NCBI GenBank assembly: GCA_048213135.1
Contig: PS015009.1
Span: forward strand, 124,001-188,000
Length of the DNA stretch: 64,000 nucleotides
Direction of reading: 5' to 3'
Origin: Reclinomonas americana ATCC 50394
Taxonomy: Eukaryota
Shown: positions 1-9,837 of the stretch, piece after piece
How positions within the stretch are numbered: position 1 is the first letter of the stretch
Layout: every line of letters starts with the position of its first letter
Position numbers and translations under genes: made by a program
Notes under the pieces: generated by a model
The model's database searches: none
The model's input: the letters and a program-made list of their open reading frames with translations, nothing else
Told to the model about the DNA's origin: nothing

Positions 1-1127
1 CCGTTGAAATGGCGGTTAAGTTCGAAGATGCCGCAGGAGGCATCATACTCACGGCCAGCCATAATCCCAAAGAATGGAATGCGCTCAAACTGCTCAACAG
101 CAAAGGAGAGTTCATCAGTGGTGAAGAAGGCAAACTGATACTGGATATCGCCGCTAAAGAAGAATTTGATTTTGCCACGGTCGATAAACTGGGCGCCTGT
201 ACTAATAATGACACCGCTTTGCAGCAGCATATCGACGCAATCCTACAGCATGAATGGGTAGATGCGGCCGCTATCAAAAAAGCGAAATTCAAAATTGTGG
301 TGGATGCCGTTAACAGTACCGGCGCCATTGCGGTACCCGCGCTGCTGAAGGCACTCGGTATTAAAGACGTGACCGTACTCAATGCCGAAGTGAACGGTAA
401 ATTCGCCCACAATCCCGAACCCCTGCCCGAGCACCTTACCGGCCTCAGCAATGAAGTCGTAAAACAGGGAGCGCACCTGGGCATTGCGGTTGACCCCGAC
501 GTGGACAGGCTTTGCTTTGTGTGTGAAGATGGCAGTATGTTCGGCGAAGAGTATACCCTGGTAGCCGTTGCCGATTATGTACTCGGCAAACGCAAGGGCA
601 ACACGGTTTCCAATATGTCGTCGACCAGGGCCCTGAAAGACGTCACCCTGAAACACGGCGGTGAATATTTCCCCAGCATGGTAGGTGAAGTGAACGTGGT
701 GAATAAGATGAAAGCCGTTGACGCGGTGATCGGTGGAGAAGGTAACGGTGGTATCATTGTGCCGGACCTGCATTACGGCAGGGATGCGCTCATCGGCATT
801 GCCCTGTTTCTCACGCACCTGGCCGCTAGCGGAAAAACGATCAAACAGTTACGCAGTACCTACCCCGATTATTTCATCAGCAAGAACAAGATCACGCTGG
901 AAGGAGGTACCGACGTAAAAGCTATTTTTGAAAAGATCACAAAAAAATACAAGAACCAGCCCATCAACAGCGAAGACGGTCTGAAGATCGAATTCGACAA
1001 CGACTGGGTACACCTGCGCACCAGCAACACCGAGCCTATTATCCGCATATACGCCGAAAGTAATTTCGAGACCACCGCAGATAATATCGCCAAACGATTG
1101 ATGCAGGATATTGGAGAACTCATGTAA
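1..1127 (+). CDS. glmM: Phosphoglucosamine mutase / alpha-D-phosphohexomutase (5'-truncated by window edge)
   Basis: Catalytic LTASHNP, metal loop DPDVDR, GEGNGG and C-terminal RTSNTEP motifs; the frame is open upstream of the ATG at 9. Confidence 0.85.
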   Translation, partial: VEMAVKFEDAAGGIILTASHNPKEWNALKLLNSKGEFISGEEGKLILDIAAKEEFDFATVDKLGACTNNDTALQQHIDAILQHEWVDAAAIKKAKFKIVVDAVNSTGAIAVPALLKALGIKDVTVLNAEVNGKFAHNPEPLPEHLTGLSNEVVKQGAHLGIAVDPDVDRLCFVCEDGSMFGEEYTLVAVADYVLGKRKGNTVSNMSSTRALKDVTLKHGGEYFPSMVGEVNVVNKMKAVDAVIGGEGNGGIIVPDLHYGRDALIGIALFLTHLAASGKTIKQLRSTYPDYFISKNKITLEGGTDVKAIFEKITKKYKNQPINSEDGLKIEFDNDWVHLRTSNTEPIIRIYAESNFETTADNIAKRLMQDIGELM

Positions 1128-1153
1128 TTCAAAAAAACGAATATTGCCAGCAT

Positions 1154-2281
1154 ATGGACAGGATCTACTTTGACAACGCCGCCACCACATCGCTCGACCC
1201 GCAGGTACTCGATGCCATGATGCCTTATCTCACCGAGAAATTCGGTAACCCCTCTTCTATCTATTCTTATGGCAGGGAAAGCCGTATGGCCATTGAAGCC
1301 GCACGTAAAAGCGTGGCGAAGATCCTGAATGCGCATCCCGCGGAAATTTTCTTTACCAGTGGTGGTACGGAAAGCAGCAACACGGCCATAACAGCCGCCA
1401 TCCGCGACCTGGGCTGCCGTCACATCATCACTTCACCAATAGAACACCACGCCGTATCCCATACGGTTGAGCATCTCGACAACCTGGATGTGGCCAAAGT
1501 TAGTTTTGTAAAACTGCTGCCCAATGGTCATATCGACCTCGAAGACCTGGAACGCCTGCTGGCCTCCAGTGACGACAAAACACTGGTTACGCTGATGCAT
1601 GCCAACAACGAGATTGGCAATATCCTCGACATGAACGCGGTGGGTGAACTCTGTAAATTATACAACGCCATCTTCCACAGCGATACGGTTCAAACCGTTG
1701 GCCATTTTCCTTTCGACCTTCGCAAAACACCAATACATTTCATCACCGGCGCATCGCATAAATTCCACGGACCAAAAGGCGTGGGCATTCTCTACATCAA
1801 CGAAAATGTGAAAATCAAACCATTCGTACACGGCGGCGCACAGGAACGCAACATGCGTGCGGGAACCGAGAACCTGTATGGCATTGTAGGTTTTGCCAAA
1901 GCGCTGGAATTGGCTACTGCCAATCATGAAACCGACAGCGCCCATATCGGCACACTGAAATATTATATGATGGATGAGCTGAAGAAAAATATCAAAGGCG
2001 TATCCTTCAACGGCGATGTACTGGGAAGAAGCCTCTACACCGTACTGAGCGTTAGTTTTCCTAAAACGGAGAAATCGGAAATGATCCTGTTCAACCTCGA
2101 CATCAACAATATCTGCGCCAGCGGCGGCAGTGCCTGCACCAGCGGCGCCGACCAGGGCAGCCATGTAATACGTGCCATCAACAACAACCCCAACCAGGTA
2201 ACCGTACGGTTCAGCTTCAGTAAGAACAACACCAAAGCGGAAGTGGATGCAGTGGTGGAGAAGTTGAAAGAACTGGTATAA
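1154..2281 (+). CDS. Cysteine desulfurase (IscS/NifS class, PLP-dependent)
   Basis: IYFDNAATT, FTSGGTES, SHKFHGPKG (PLP Lys) and SGGSACTS (catalytic Cys). Confidence 0.93.
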   Translation: MDRIYFDNAATTSLDPQVLDAMMPYLTEKFGNPSSIYSYGRESRMAIEAARKSVAKILNAHPAEIFFTSGGTESSNTAITAAIRDLGCRHIITSPIEHHAVSHTVEHLDNLDVAKVSFVKLLPNGHIDLEDLERLLASSDDKTLVTLMHANNEIGNILDMNAVGELCKLYNAIFHSDTVQTVGHFPFDLRKTPIHFITGASHKFHGPKGVGILYINENVKIKPFVHGGAQERNMRAGTENLYGIVGFAKALELATANHETDSAHIGTLKYYMMDELKKNIKGVSFNGDVLGRSLYTVLSVSFPKTEKSEMILFNLDINNICASGGSACTSGADQGSHVIRAINNNPNQVTVRFSFSKNNTKAEVDAVVEKLKELV

Positions 2282-2283
2282 AT

Positions 2284-2301
2284 AATTACGAATTACGAAT
2301 T
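2284..2301. repeat. Short heptamer tandem repeat (AATTACG)n
   Basis: AATTACGAATTACGAATT right after the desulfurase stop; the same unit recurs at 30101-30125. Confidence 0.5.
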
Positions 2302-2325
2302 TTAAATCGCGGGTATGATCAACCA

Positions 2326-3321
2326 TTAAGACCTGTACCCCAACTGCTCTGCCAATTCTTCCGGCAGGGAAGGCAATTTTCGCCTGTCCACCAGGAAACT
2401 CGTCAGCTGCGCTACTTCTTTAAATACATAATGCTTGTCCATAGCCGCTTTCAGGTAACCAGCGCCGGAACTGCCACCTGTGCCGATGCGGGTGCCGATC
2501 ATACGCTGCACCATGTTGATGTGGCGGTTGCGCCAGTTGGCCAGTTGGTTGTCTATTTCCAGTAAAGTATCCAGTAACTGGAAAGGCAGCTCCAGCATAG
2601 GATAGCCGTGGTACAACATAATGAATAATGCGGAACGGCAGGCTGCGGGAGACAGTTGTCTTTCCGCATTATCTCCACCGGAACCAAATACCTGGTCAAA
2701 AAGGGCTTCATTATTTTTTTCCGCTTCGGCAAGGCTGCCCACATATACTGAGCGGTATTCTTTCCAGGCGGCATCGGTAATGAACGGCATGCGTTCCAGC
2801 CAGACATTCACCAGTTGTAATACGGATTGATGATTTTCCGCTTCCTTAATATGTTTTACATCTTCTTCCTTCAGTTGTGAAGTATAATAATGCTGCCCGT
2901 GGCGGTGTTCAAACTTCAGTCCCAGTTTGGCTTCAATGATCTTGAACTGGTAACTCTGGAAACCTGATGCGGGGCGGAGCATGTCGCGGAAATCGAGGAA
3001 GTCCATCGGCGTCATCGTTTCCATAATATCGATCTGCTGTACCAGTACCCGCAAAATAGTAACCACGCGTTTGAGGCGGTGAACAATGGTTTGCAATTCC
3101 GGCGAATTGTCATTCAGCGAAGGCTGGCTCATAATACGGATCACGGAATCCACTTCAAACAACACCTGTTTGAACCACAGTTCATAAGCCTGGTGGATGA
3201 TAATGAACAGCATTTCATCATGTGCCGGTTCCCTGCCGGGTTGAAAACTTTCCGGTTCCTGGGCGCCGGTTATTTTATCGAGCTGGAGATAATCTTTATA
3301 ATAGACAGGCTTATGTTCCAT
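2326..3321 (-). CDS. kynA: Tryptophan 2,3-dioxygenase
   Basis: YLQLDKI, HDEMLFIIIHQAYELWFKQ, PASGFQSYQF and GTGGSSGAGYL motifs. Confidence 0.95.
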   Translation of the reverse strand: MEHKPVYYKDYLQLDKITGAQEPESFQPGREPAHDEMLFIIIHQAYELWFKQVLFEVDSVIRIMSQPSLNDNSPELQTIVHRLKRVVTILRVLVQQIDIMETMTPMDFLDFRDMLRPASGFQSYQFKIIEAKLGLKFEHRHGQHYYTSQLKEEDVKHIKEAENHQSVLQLVNVWLERMPFITDAAWKEYRSVYVGSLAEAEKNNEALFDQVFGSGGDNAERQLSPAACRSALFIMLYHGYPMLELPFQLLDTLLEIDNQLANWRNRHINMVQRMIGTRIGTGGSSGAGYLKAAMDKHYVFKEVAQLTSFLVDRRKLPSLPEELAEQLGYRS

Positions 3322-3425
3322 AACAGCATTTTAAGTACGCAAACTTAATCAATTAGCAACACTTTACCCGTTGACAGACTACCCTATGACAAGCAATTCC
3401 GTGAAAGCCCTGCTAATTATGAAAG

Positions 3426-3450
3426 GAGATTCCTCCTGCGTCGGGATGAC
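3426..3450. repeat. REP-like extragenic palindrome (GTCATCCCGACGCAGGAGGAATCTC on minus strand)
   Basis: Resembles the GTCAT(T/C)CCGACGnAGGAGGAATC element I recall from Bacteroidota intergenic DNA; possible degenerate copy at 17494-17514. Confidence 0.45.
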
Positions 3451-3493
3451 CAGTACTTCTAAATGAATACACCGTCGCTATTGTCAGTGAATG

Positions 3494-4285
3494 TCACTTT
3501 AAAAAACGCAACACCTGTTCAGCAAATCCAACCGTATACGCCGTTGTGTTGTGGTTACCGGGCACCTCTGCAAATTTTGAGTTGGGGATCAGCAGTTGTA
3601 ATTCCGGTCCTTTGCCATTATCAGAATCTTCGTTACCGCAAATGATGAGTACTTTTTGTTTCAGGCGGGCCAGTTCGGTTTTGGATGTCGACGGTTGCTC
3701 TTTCTGCTGGCAGGCCAGTATCAAAGGATCAAGCCCTTTACCTGCGATATACCGGCGGAAGCCTTCATACCCCTTGATGGTATCATTCATCAATGCATGG
3801 TAAAAACCTATGCGTCTTGGCCATTGCGGGTTGGTAAAATCAGCGCCCATTCCTCCCAGTACAGCACGTTTGCAGTTGTTGTCCAGTACCAGCAAACTGG
3901 CGAGTATGATAGAGCCGCGGGAGTAGCCTACAGCATCATATTTTTTTATACCCAGAAAATGCATCAGCCCGGCCAGATCCTTCGCTTCCGCGTTATTGGC
4001 ATAGGCTTCCGGTACACGGGGTTTATCCGACCAACCATTACCCCTCAGATCGACAACAATGAGTTGAAACCCGTGCGACAGTAAACTATCGGCCATCGGT
4101 TTATTGATCCAGTCGCCACTGCTGCCGGTAAATCCGTGGATGAGCAATACCGGCCGGCCTTTGCCCAGCACTTCATAATGGATCTTCACGCCATCGAAAG
4201 AAGTAAAATATTTTGTGGTTTGTGCCCGTGAGGAAAAAGACAAGAACAAACCAAACAGCAATAGTGTACAATTGATTCTGGACAT
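3494..4285 (-). CDS. Secreted alpha/beta hydrolase
   Basis: Signal peptide, LIHGF, DLRGNG, nucleophile GYSRG and C-terminal His (PGNH). Confidence 0.88.
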   Translation of the reverse strand: MSRINCTLLLFGLFLSFSSRAQTTKYFTSFDGVKIHYEVLGKGRPVLLIHGFTGSSGDWINKPMADSLLSHGFQLIVVDLRGNGWSDKPRVPEAYANNAEAKDLAGLMHFLGIKKYDAVGYSRGSIILASLLVLDNNCKRAVLGGMGADFTNPQWPRRIGFYHALMNDTIKGYEGFRRYIAGKGLDPLILACQQKEQPSTSKTELARLKQKVLIICGNEDSDNGKGPELQLLIPNSKFAEVPGNHNTTAYTVGFAEQVLRFLK

Positions 4286-4476
4286 GAGTGATGAGATCAG
4301 TATTCTTAAATATACAAAACTCCCGTTCCTGTAAAAGCAGTTTTCTTTCCGTCGCCGTTTTTGTTAACCGCTGGTGAACAATCATTTGCTTTAACAGTTC
4401 CTTCTCTAAATAAAAAAACTGTGGCACATTATTCTAAAGCAATGCACAAGCAGCCAATAAAACCCTGCCAACGTGT

Positions 4477-5142
4477 ATGAAAAGAAATGCAATACTTGTA
4501 TTGACGGGCCTCGTATTGTCCGTATCGCTCAATGCCCAGGTAAGATTCGGTATCCGTGCCGGGGTCAATTTCTCCAAATGGGCAGGCGCCGATCTCCAGG
4601 TCATAGAAGACCTCCTCGAAAAAACAGATGGCTACGTGGTCACCAAAGGCAAAACAGGTTTTCATGTGGGCGGCTACCTGGACATCCCCATTTCCGAAGT
4701 GTTCAGTTTTGAACCGGGATTGCAATATTCCAAAAAAGGGTACAGCATCCAGGGCGATCTGCAGATACCCGTGCTCAAACTGCTGGCCCTGAATGCCGGC
4801 GCCAGGGTGCAGTCGCATTATATAGACATGCCCCTTTACCTGAAGGCCAATCCCGTGAAAGGCTTTACCGTCTATGCAGGTCCGCAGGTGTCGTACCTGG
4901 TCAGAAGTACGCTGAATGCCAAGCTGGGCGTACTGGGTATTTCCATTTTCAACAAAGGATTTGGTATTACGGAACGATTCAACCGGGTTGACCTGGGTGT
5001 TTCGGGCGGTGTGGGCTACCAGTTCGATAACGGGCTGAACCTGCAGGCGGGCTATGATTACGGGTTATCCAAACTCGACAAAAACGACAATTATGACGCC
5101 TATAACCGGGTAGTTAAGGTGTCCCTGGGCTATACCTTTTAG
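4477..5142 (+). CDS. Outer-membrane beta-barrel (porin-family, OmpA-like 8-strand) protein
   Basis: Signal peptide, FGIRAGVN, YIDMPL, GPQVSYL and terminal SLGYTF. Confidence 0.85.
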   Translation: MKRNAILVLTGLVLSVSLNAQVRFGIRAGVNFSKWAGADLQVIEDLLEKTDGYVVTKGKTGFHVGGYLDIPISEVFSFEPGLQYSKKGYSIQGDLQIPVLKLLALNAGARVQSHYIDMPLYLKANPVKGFTVYAGPQVSYLVRSTLNAKLGVLGISIFNKGFGITERFNRVDLGVSGGVGYQFDNGLNLQAGYDYGLSKLDKNDNYDAYNRVVKVSLGYTF

Positions 5143-5150
5143 ATTTTTCC

Positions 5151-5158
5151 TACATTTG
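5151..5158 (+). promoter_or_regulatory. Bacteroidota housekeeping -7 promoter box
   Basis: TACATTTG matches TAnnTTTG about 50 nt upstream of yebC. Confidence 0.55.
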
Positions 5159-5207
5159 CAGCCATTATAAAACCCTCCGCTGAGGAGACAATAAGGATTG
5201 CAATTTT

Positions 5208-5918
5208 ATGGGACGCATATTTGAAGTAAGAAAAAGTGCCATGTTTGCCCGCTGGGATAAGATGGCCAAGAATTTCACCCGTATCGGTAAAGAGATCGCC
5301 ATTGCCGTTAAGGCCGGCGGCCCCGACCCGGAAAATAACCCAGCCCTGAGGCGCTGCTACCTCAACGCCAAAGCCTGCAACATGCCTAAAGACCGCGTGG
5401 AAGCGGCGATCAAAAGGGCGATGGGTAAGGACAAAACCGATTACGAAGAGATCGTGTATGAAGGATATGCTCCGCATGGTGTGGCAGTAATGGTGGAAAC
5501 CGCTACCGACAACTCTACCCGTACCGTGGCTAATGTACGTATGCATTTCACCAAGGGAAAAGGCGCACTGGGCACCAGCGGATCGGTTGCCTTTACCTTC
5601 AACCGCATGGGTGAATTCAAAGTAAAAAGCGCCGCTTCGCAGATCGATGAACTGGAACTGGACCTGATCGATTACGGACTGGAAGAGATCGGCGAGGACG
5701 CGGAAGGCAATATCATCATCCGTACGGCTTACAATGAATTCGGCAATATGAGTAAGGCTCTTGAAGAAAAGAATATTGAAGTGATCAGCGCCGAGCTGAC
5801 ACGCATCCCTTCCACCACCGTTGAACTGGGTGAAGAAGAATCAAACGATGTGCTGAAACTGGTGGATATGCTGGAACAGGACGATGATGTGCAGAAGGTG
5901 TATCACAATCTTAAATAA
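5208..5918 (+). CDS. yebC: YebC/PmpR family protein
   Basis: [31 protein letters not shown] and [10 protein letters not shown] motifs. Confidence 0.95.
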   Translation: MGRIFEVRKSAMFARWDKMAKNFTRIGKEIAIAVKAGGPDPENNPALRRCYLNAKACNMPKDRVEAAIKRAMGKDKTDYEEIVYEGYAPHGVAVMVETATDNSTRTVANVRMHFTKGKGALGTSGSVAFTFNRMGEFKVKSAASQIDELELDLIDYGLEEIGEDAEGNIIIRTAYNEFGNMSKALEEKNIEVISAELTRIPSTTVELGEEESNDVLKLVDMLEQDDDVQKVYHNLK

Positions 5919-5920
5919 TA

Positions 5921-5952
5921 AAAAAAGCCCCGCGAAAAAACGGGGCTTTTTT
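5921..5952. terminator. Bidirectional intrinsic terminator
   Basis: AAAAAAGCCCCG-loop-CGGGGCTTTTTT between convergent genes. Confidence 0.85.
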
Positions 5953-6081
5953 ATAACGCAAAAGTAAAAATTCAACAATCAGCGGGTTCATTGCTATTAC
6001 TCCCGCTATGTAGATTATAAAACAATATACCTTATTACCTCTTCCCTGTTACATCTTTAAGGTAAACCCAATGCCTTTATA

Positions 6082-6723
6082 TCATTCTAACTGAACGATC
6101 TGGTGCTGCAATGCCTTTGCTACCGCTTCTGTGCCGCAGTTCACGTGCAGCTTGTGATAAATATTCTGCAGGTGTTTTTTTACGGTATCGACAGAAATAG
6201 AAGTCTTATCGGCGATCATCTTGTAAGAGTTTCCTTTGACCAGTAACTCCAAAATCTCTTTCTCTCTTTTGGTGAGACCGAATTCTTCATTCACCGGTTT
6301 CCGGTTCCGGAAATGCTGGAACACTTTCTGTGCTACGAAGGGACTCATGGCACCGCCGCCATGCATTACATCCTGGAGGTATTGTATCAGCTGAACAGGT
6401 GAAGTGTTCTTTAACAGGTAACCATCCGCACCGGCGCAAATAGAGTCGAATATGCGGTTATCATCATCAAACACCGTATGCATCACCACTTTGGTTTCGG
6501 GCCTGCTGTTCTTTACATTCTTTACGCCCTCAATACCGCCAATGCCCGGCATATCAATATCCATAATGGCCAGGTCGGCCTGCAAATTGACCACCTGTTC
6601 CGCGGCATCGTTACAATTGGCGAATGAGCCTGCCACGCTGAATATATTATCATCATTCAGCAGTATCTCTAATGACTGCCGCAGGCGGGTATTATCTTCA
6701 AAAATGATGAGCCGGTATGACAT
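6082..6723 (-). CDS. NarL/LuxR-family response regulator
   Basis: REC domain (IFED, MDIDMP, GYLLK) plus LuxR HTH (LTKREKEIL...TVKKHLQNIYHKL). Confidence 0.95.
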   Translation of the reverse strand: MSYRLIIFEDNTRLRQSLEILLNDDNIFSVAGSFANCNDAAEQVVNLQADLAIMDIDMPGIGGIEGVKNVKNSRPETKVVMHTVFDDDNRIFDSICAGADGYLLKNTSPVQLIQYLQDVMHGGGAMSPFVAQKVFQHFRNRKPVNEEFGLTKREKEILELLVKGNSYKMIADKTSISVDTVKKHLQNIYHKLHVNCGTEAVAKALQHQIVQLE

Positions 6724-6776
6724 GGTACAAATGTAAGCTGTGATGATTGCCGAAAAAACTACCCGATCGGGTAATC

Positions 6777-8990
6777 TTAGTCCAGCGGCATGGTAAAACT
6801 GATACGGGTTCCTTTGCCGGGTGCTGAATGAATATCCAGTGTGCCATTGCAGGACAGTGCCCGCTGCCGGATATTGTTCAGCCCGTTCCCATTGCCGTTG
6901 CTTTCCGGGTCGAAACCTTTTCCGTCGTCGCTGATCTCCATACCCAGGTGGTGCCGGTTGATCTGCACCTGAACAGTGGCCCTGCCCGCTTCCGAATATT
7001 TCACCAGGTTATTGATCACCTCTTTATAAATCAGGTAAAGATCGCGGCGCTGTACCATACTCAGTTTCACCTGCAATGATTCTTCAGGGAACACCAGCTC
7101 TCCCGCGATATTCTTGCCCTCCAGCATATCGGCGCCATATCTTTTCATCCGGACAAAAAGATTATCGAGGTCATCATATTTAGGGTTGATGTTCCACACA
7201 ATATCACTGAGCGATTCACTGATGCGCTGGATATCTTCACCCGCCTTACCCAGGTACTCTCCCACTTTTTCTTTATTACCCGTATTCCGTTTCGCGAGTT
7301 CATTCAGGATGCCGATGTTGCTCAGCGATGCACCGATATCATCATGCAGGTTGCGGCTGATGTCGTTGCGTACATTCAGCAGTTCCGCCTGCTGCTGCAG
7401 TTTCTTTTTCAGCTGGTACCTGTTGAACAATACGATTGCCAGTATGAGGAATACCACAATACCGGCAATCATTACATTACGCAACTGCTTCTGGTTGGCC
7501 AATTGTTTGTCCTGGAAATCCTTGGCCTGTTCCGATATTTTAAGTTGCTGCTGCTGGTTCTGCGCCAGCAATACCTGTTTCTCCAGTTCTTCGCCCTGCT
7601 GTTTCAGGCGGGCGTCCCGCAATTCGTTCTCTTTTGATAACAGGTCTATCTCGTTTTGTTTTTGTTTGGCCGATAGCAGGTTACCGGCAATGAGTGCCTG
7701 TTGCTTCTCCAGTTCCAGTTGCTGAATGCGTTTTTCATTTTTCAGCATCGATATCTGCGCATCCTTTTTCTCCGTTTCAAATTTTGTTTTTATTTCTTCG
7801 ATCTTCGACAGGTTGCTGCTGGTGGAGATGCTGTCGTGGTAGTTGACATATTGTTTGTAATAGGTATAAGCCCTGGAAGGATCGTTATGCAGCTGGTAAA
7901 AATTACTGAGCCGTTCATACATCCGCATGATGTTGTCTTTATTGCCCAGTTGCAGCGACAGGCCCAATGCCTTGTTGAAGTAACTGGTCGCCATCACGGA
8001 ATCGCCGGTAGCGCTTGACAGTCCGCCTACAGAACCATATAGCCTGGAAAGGACAGGCTTATCATCAATTTCTTCGAAGAACTGTATGGCTTTCTTTTGC
8101 CAGAACAAGGCCTGTTCATAATTTTTCTGCCGGTTGTAAATAGCTCCCAATCCCATATAGGCTGTGGCTCTCGATTTGGGATTATTGATCTGTTCCGCTT
8201 TGCTGATGGCCAGTTTCTGGTAATACAACGCCGCCTGCATGGAGTCTTTCAGGATGTACAACTGGGCAATGTTCGAATACGGTATTACCAATCCCTGTAT
8301 ATCATTCTGTTTTTCCCGCAGGGCAATACTTTGTTTGATATAATTGATGGACTCATCCGTTCTGCCCATCAGGAAGAGTATAGAAGAAATATTACTGTAG
8401 GTTTCTCCCTGCCCGCGTTCGTTCCCGCTTTTTTCGAACAGCCGGAGGGCTTTAAAGAACAGGTCAACAGCTTTGTCCTTTTCCCCGGCGGCCAGATGCA
8501 GGGAAGCCATATTACCGTATACTTCGGCGGTTTTATTGGATTGATCTTTTTCAAGCCCCAGTGCCAGCGCATTTAAAAAAGATTTTTCCGACTCTTTATT
8601 CCGGCCCTGTTCCATCAGGTAAACGCCCATGCGGTTATAGGTGTTTTGCAGGAGCTGGGTATCTTTCAGGTGTTGCGCCACGGGCATGACCAGGGAGTCG
8701 TAATACCTCACTTCTTTCATACGCCCGTTAACAGCCATCACTTCCGAGAGCCTGTCCCAGCCATAGGCCTCTCCTCTTTTATAACCACTGCTGCCGGCAA
8801 TAGCGATTACCTGTTCTGATAAGCGGTTGGCGGAGTCGTACCGGGCAGCACGGATCAGTTCATCGGCCTGTTTCAGCAGTCCTTTGATCTTAATGGAATC
8901 GGCGGGATCGTATCGCTTCTGGGCATGAGCAACTGATGGCCAGAGGCAGCAGTAAAGCAGAAACGCAAATATGACAGCAGGAATACGCAT
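6777..8990 (-). CDS. TPR-containing NarX/UhpB-type sensor histidine kinase
   Basis: Signal peptide, TPR array, coiled coil, one TM helix, HisKA_3 box (RNLHDDIG), HATPase (DDGKGF, GNGLNN, GKGT). Confidence 0.93.
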   Translation of the reverse strand: MRIPAVIFAFLLYCCLWPSVAHAQKRYDPADSIKIKGLLKQADELIRAARYDSANRLSEQVIAIAGSSGYKRGEAYGWDRLSEVMAVNGRMKEVRYYDSLVMPVAQHLKDTQLLQNTYNRMGVYLMEQGRNKESEKSFLNALALGLEKDQSNKTAEVYGNMASLHLAAGEKDKAVDLFFKALRLFEKSGNERGQGETYSNISSILFLMGRTDESINYIKQSIALREKQNDIQGLVIPYSNIAQLYILKDSMQAALYYQKLAISKAEQINNPKSRATAYMGLGAIYNRQKNYEQALFWQKKAIQFFEEIDDKPVLSRLYGSVGGLSSATGDSVMATSYFNKALGLSLQLGNKDNIMRMYERLSNFYQLHNDPSRAYTYYKQYVNYHDSISTSSNLSKIEEIKTKFETEKKDAQISMLKNEKRIQQLELEKQQALIAGNLLSAKQKQNEIDLLSKENELRDARLKQQGEELEKQVLLAQNQQQQLKISEQAKDFQDKQLANQKQLRNVMIAGIVVFLILAIVLFNRYQLKKKLQQQAELLNVRNDISRNLHDDIGASLSNIGILNELAKRNTGNKEKVGEYLGKAGEDIQRISESLSDIVWNINPKYDDLDNLFVRMKRYGADMLEGKNIAGELVFPEESLQVKLSMVQRRDLYLIYKEVINNLVKYSEAGRATVQVQINRHHLGMEISDDGKGFDPESNGNGNGLNNIRQRALSCNGTLDIHSAPGKGTRISFTMPLD

Positions 8991-9021
8991 ACATTGATAC
9001 CCTGTTATGGTGAGGTAAATC

Positions 9022-9819
9022 TTAAAGACTGATCGTTCCCTTCATATAGAAAACACAGGTGCCGCCCATCTCTACCCTGTCACTGCTCAGTTGCTTGCAC
9101 CAGAGTTCGCCGCCGCGTTTCGACAGTTGCCGGGCATGCAGATCGCTTTTGCCCAGTTTTTCACTCCAGAAAGGGATCAGCTGCGAATGCGCTGAACCCG
9201 TAACCGGGTCTTCATCAATGCCAATAGCCGGAGCAAAGAACCTCGACACAAAATCAACCTCTTCTCCTTTGGCGGTGATGATCATTTTATCGAAGTGTTT
9301 CTTCATTAATGTAAAGTCAGGATTGCAGCGCCTTACCGCGTCTTCATCTGCCAGTTCCACCAGCAGGTCGCGGTGGCGGTATACACCAACTACAGGCGCA
9401 TTATCCAGGATCAGGGCCAGCTCTGCTTTGTAATCATCAACGGGCATGGGTTTCCAGGAAGGGAAATCGAGCATGATCCTGTCGCCATTGCGGCCCACGG
9501 TGAGTATACCACTCATGGAATGAAAACGGATCTGCGGAAGATCATGTCCCAGTAAATGGAAAAGCACCCAGGCGCTGGCGAGGGTAGCATGCCCGCAAAG
9601 ATTGATCTCCGCCCCCGGTGTGAACCAGCGGATATCATAATCCGCATCGTCGCGGGAAGAAGGTACAAAGAAGACCGTTTCCGCCAGGTTATTCTCCATG
9701 GCCAGGGATTGCATCAGTTCTTCGCTGATCCAGCTTTGCAGGGGAATAACCGCCGCCGGGTTGCCGCTGAACAGGCGATCGGCAAAGGCGTCTACCTGGT
9801 ATATCGTCAGTTCCATCAT
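9022..9819 (-). CDS. PhzF-family epimerase/isomerase
   Basis: YQVDAF, GNPAAV, RWFTP, LCGHATLA and EDPVTGSAH motifs. Confidence 0.93.
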   Translation of the reverse strand: MMELTIYQVDAFADRLFSGNPAAVIPLQSWISEELMQSLAMENNLAETVFFVPSSRDDADYDIRWFTPGAEINLCGHATLASAWVLFHLLGHDLPQIRFHSMSGILTVGRNGDRIMLDFPSWKPMPVDDYKAELALILDNAPVVGVYRHRDLLVELADEDAVRRCNPDFTLMKKHFDKMIITAKGEEVDFVSRFFAPAIGIDEDPVTGSAHSQLIPFWSEKLGKSDLHARQLSKRGGELWCKQLSSDRVEMGGTCVFYMKGTISL

Positions 9820-9837
9820 ATCGTTTATGCAGTACCG

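Noticed and set aside
4422-4436. TGGCAC sigma54-like site upstream of the porin gene
   Set aside because: The -12 position reads TA rather than GC; too weak.
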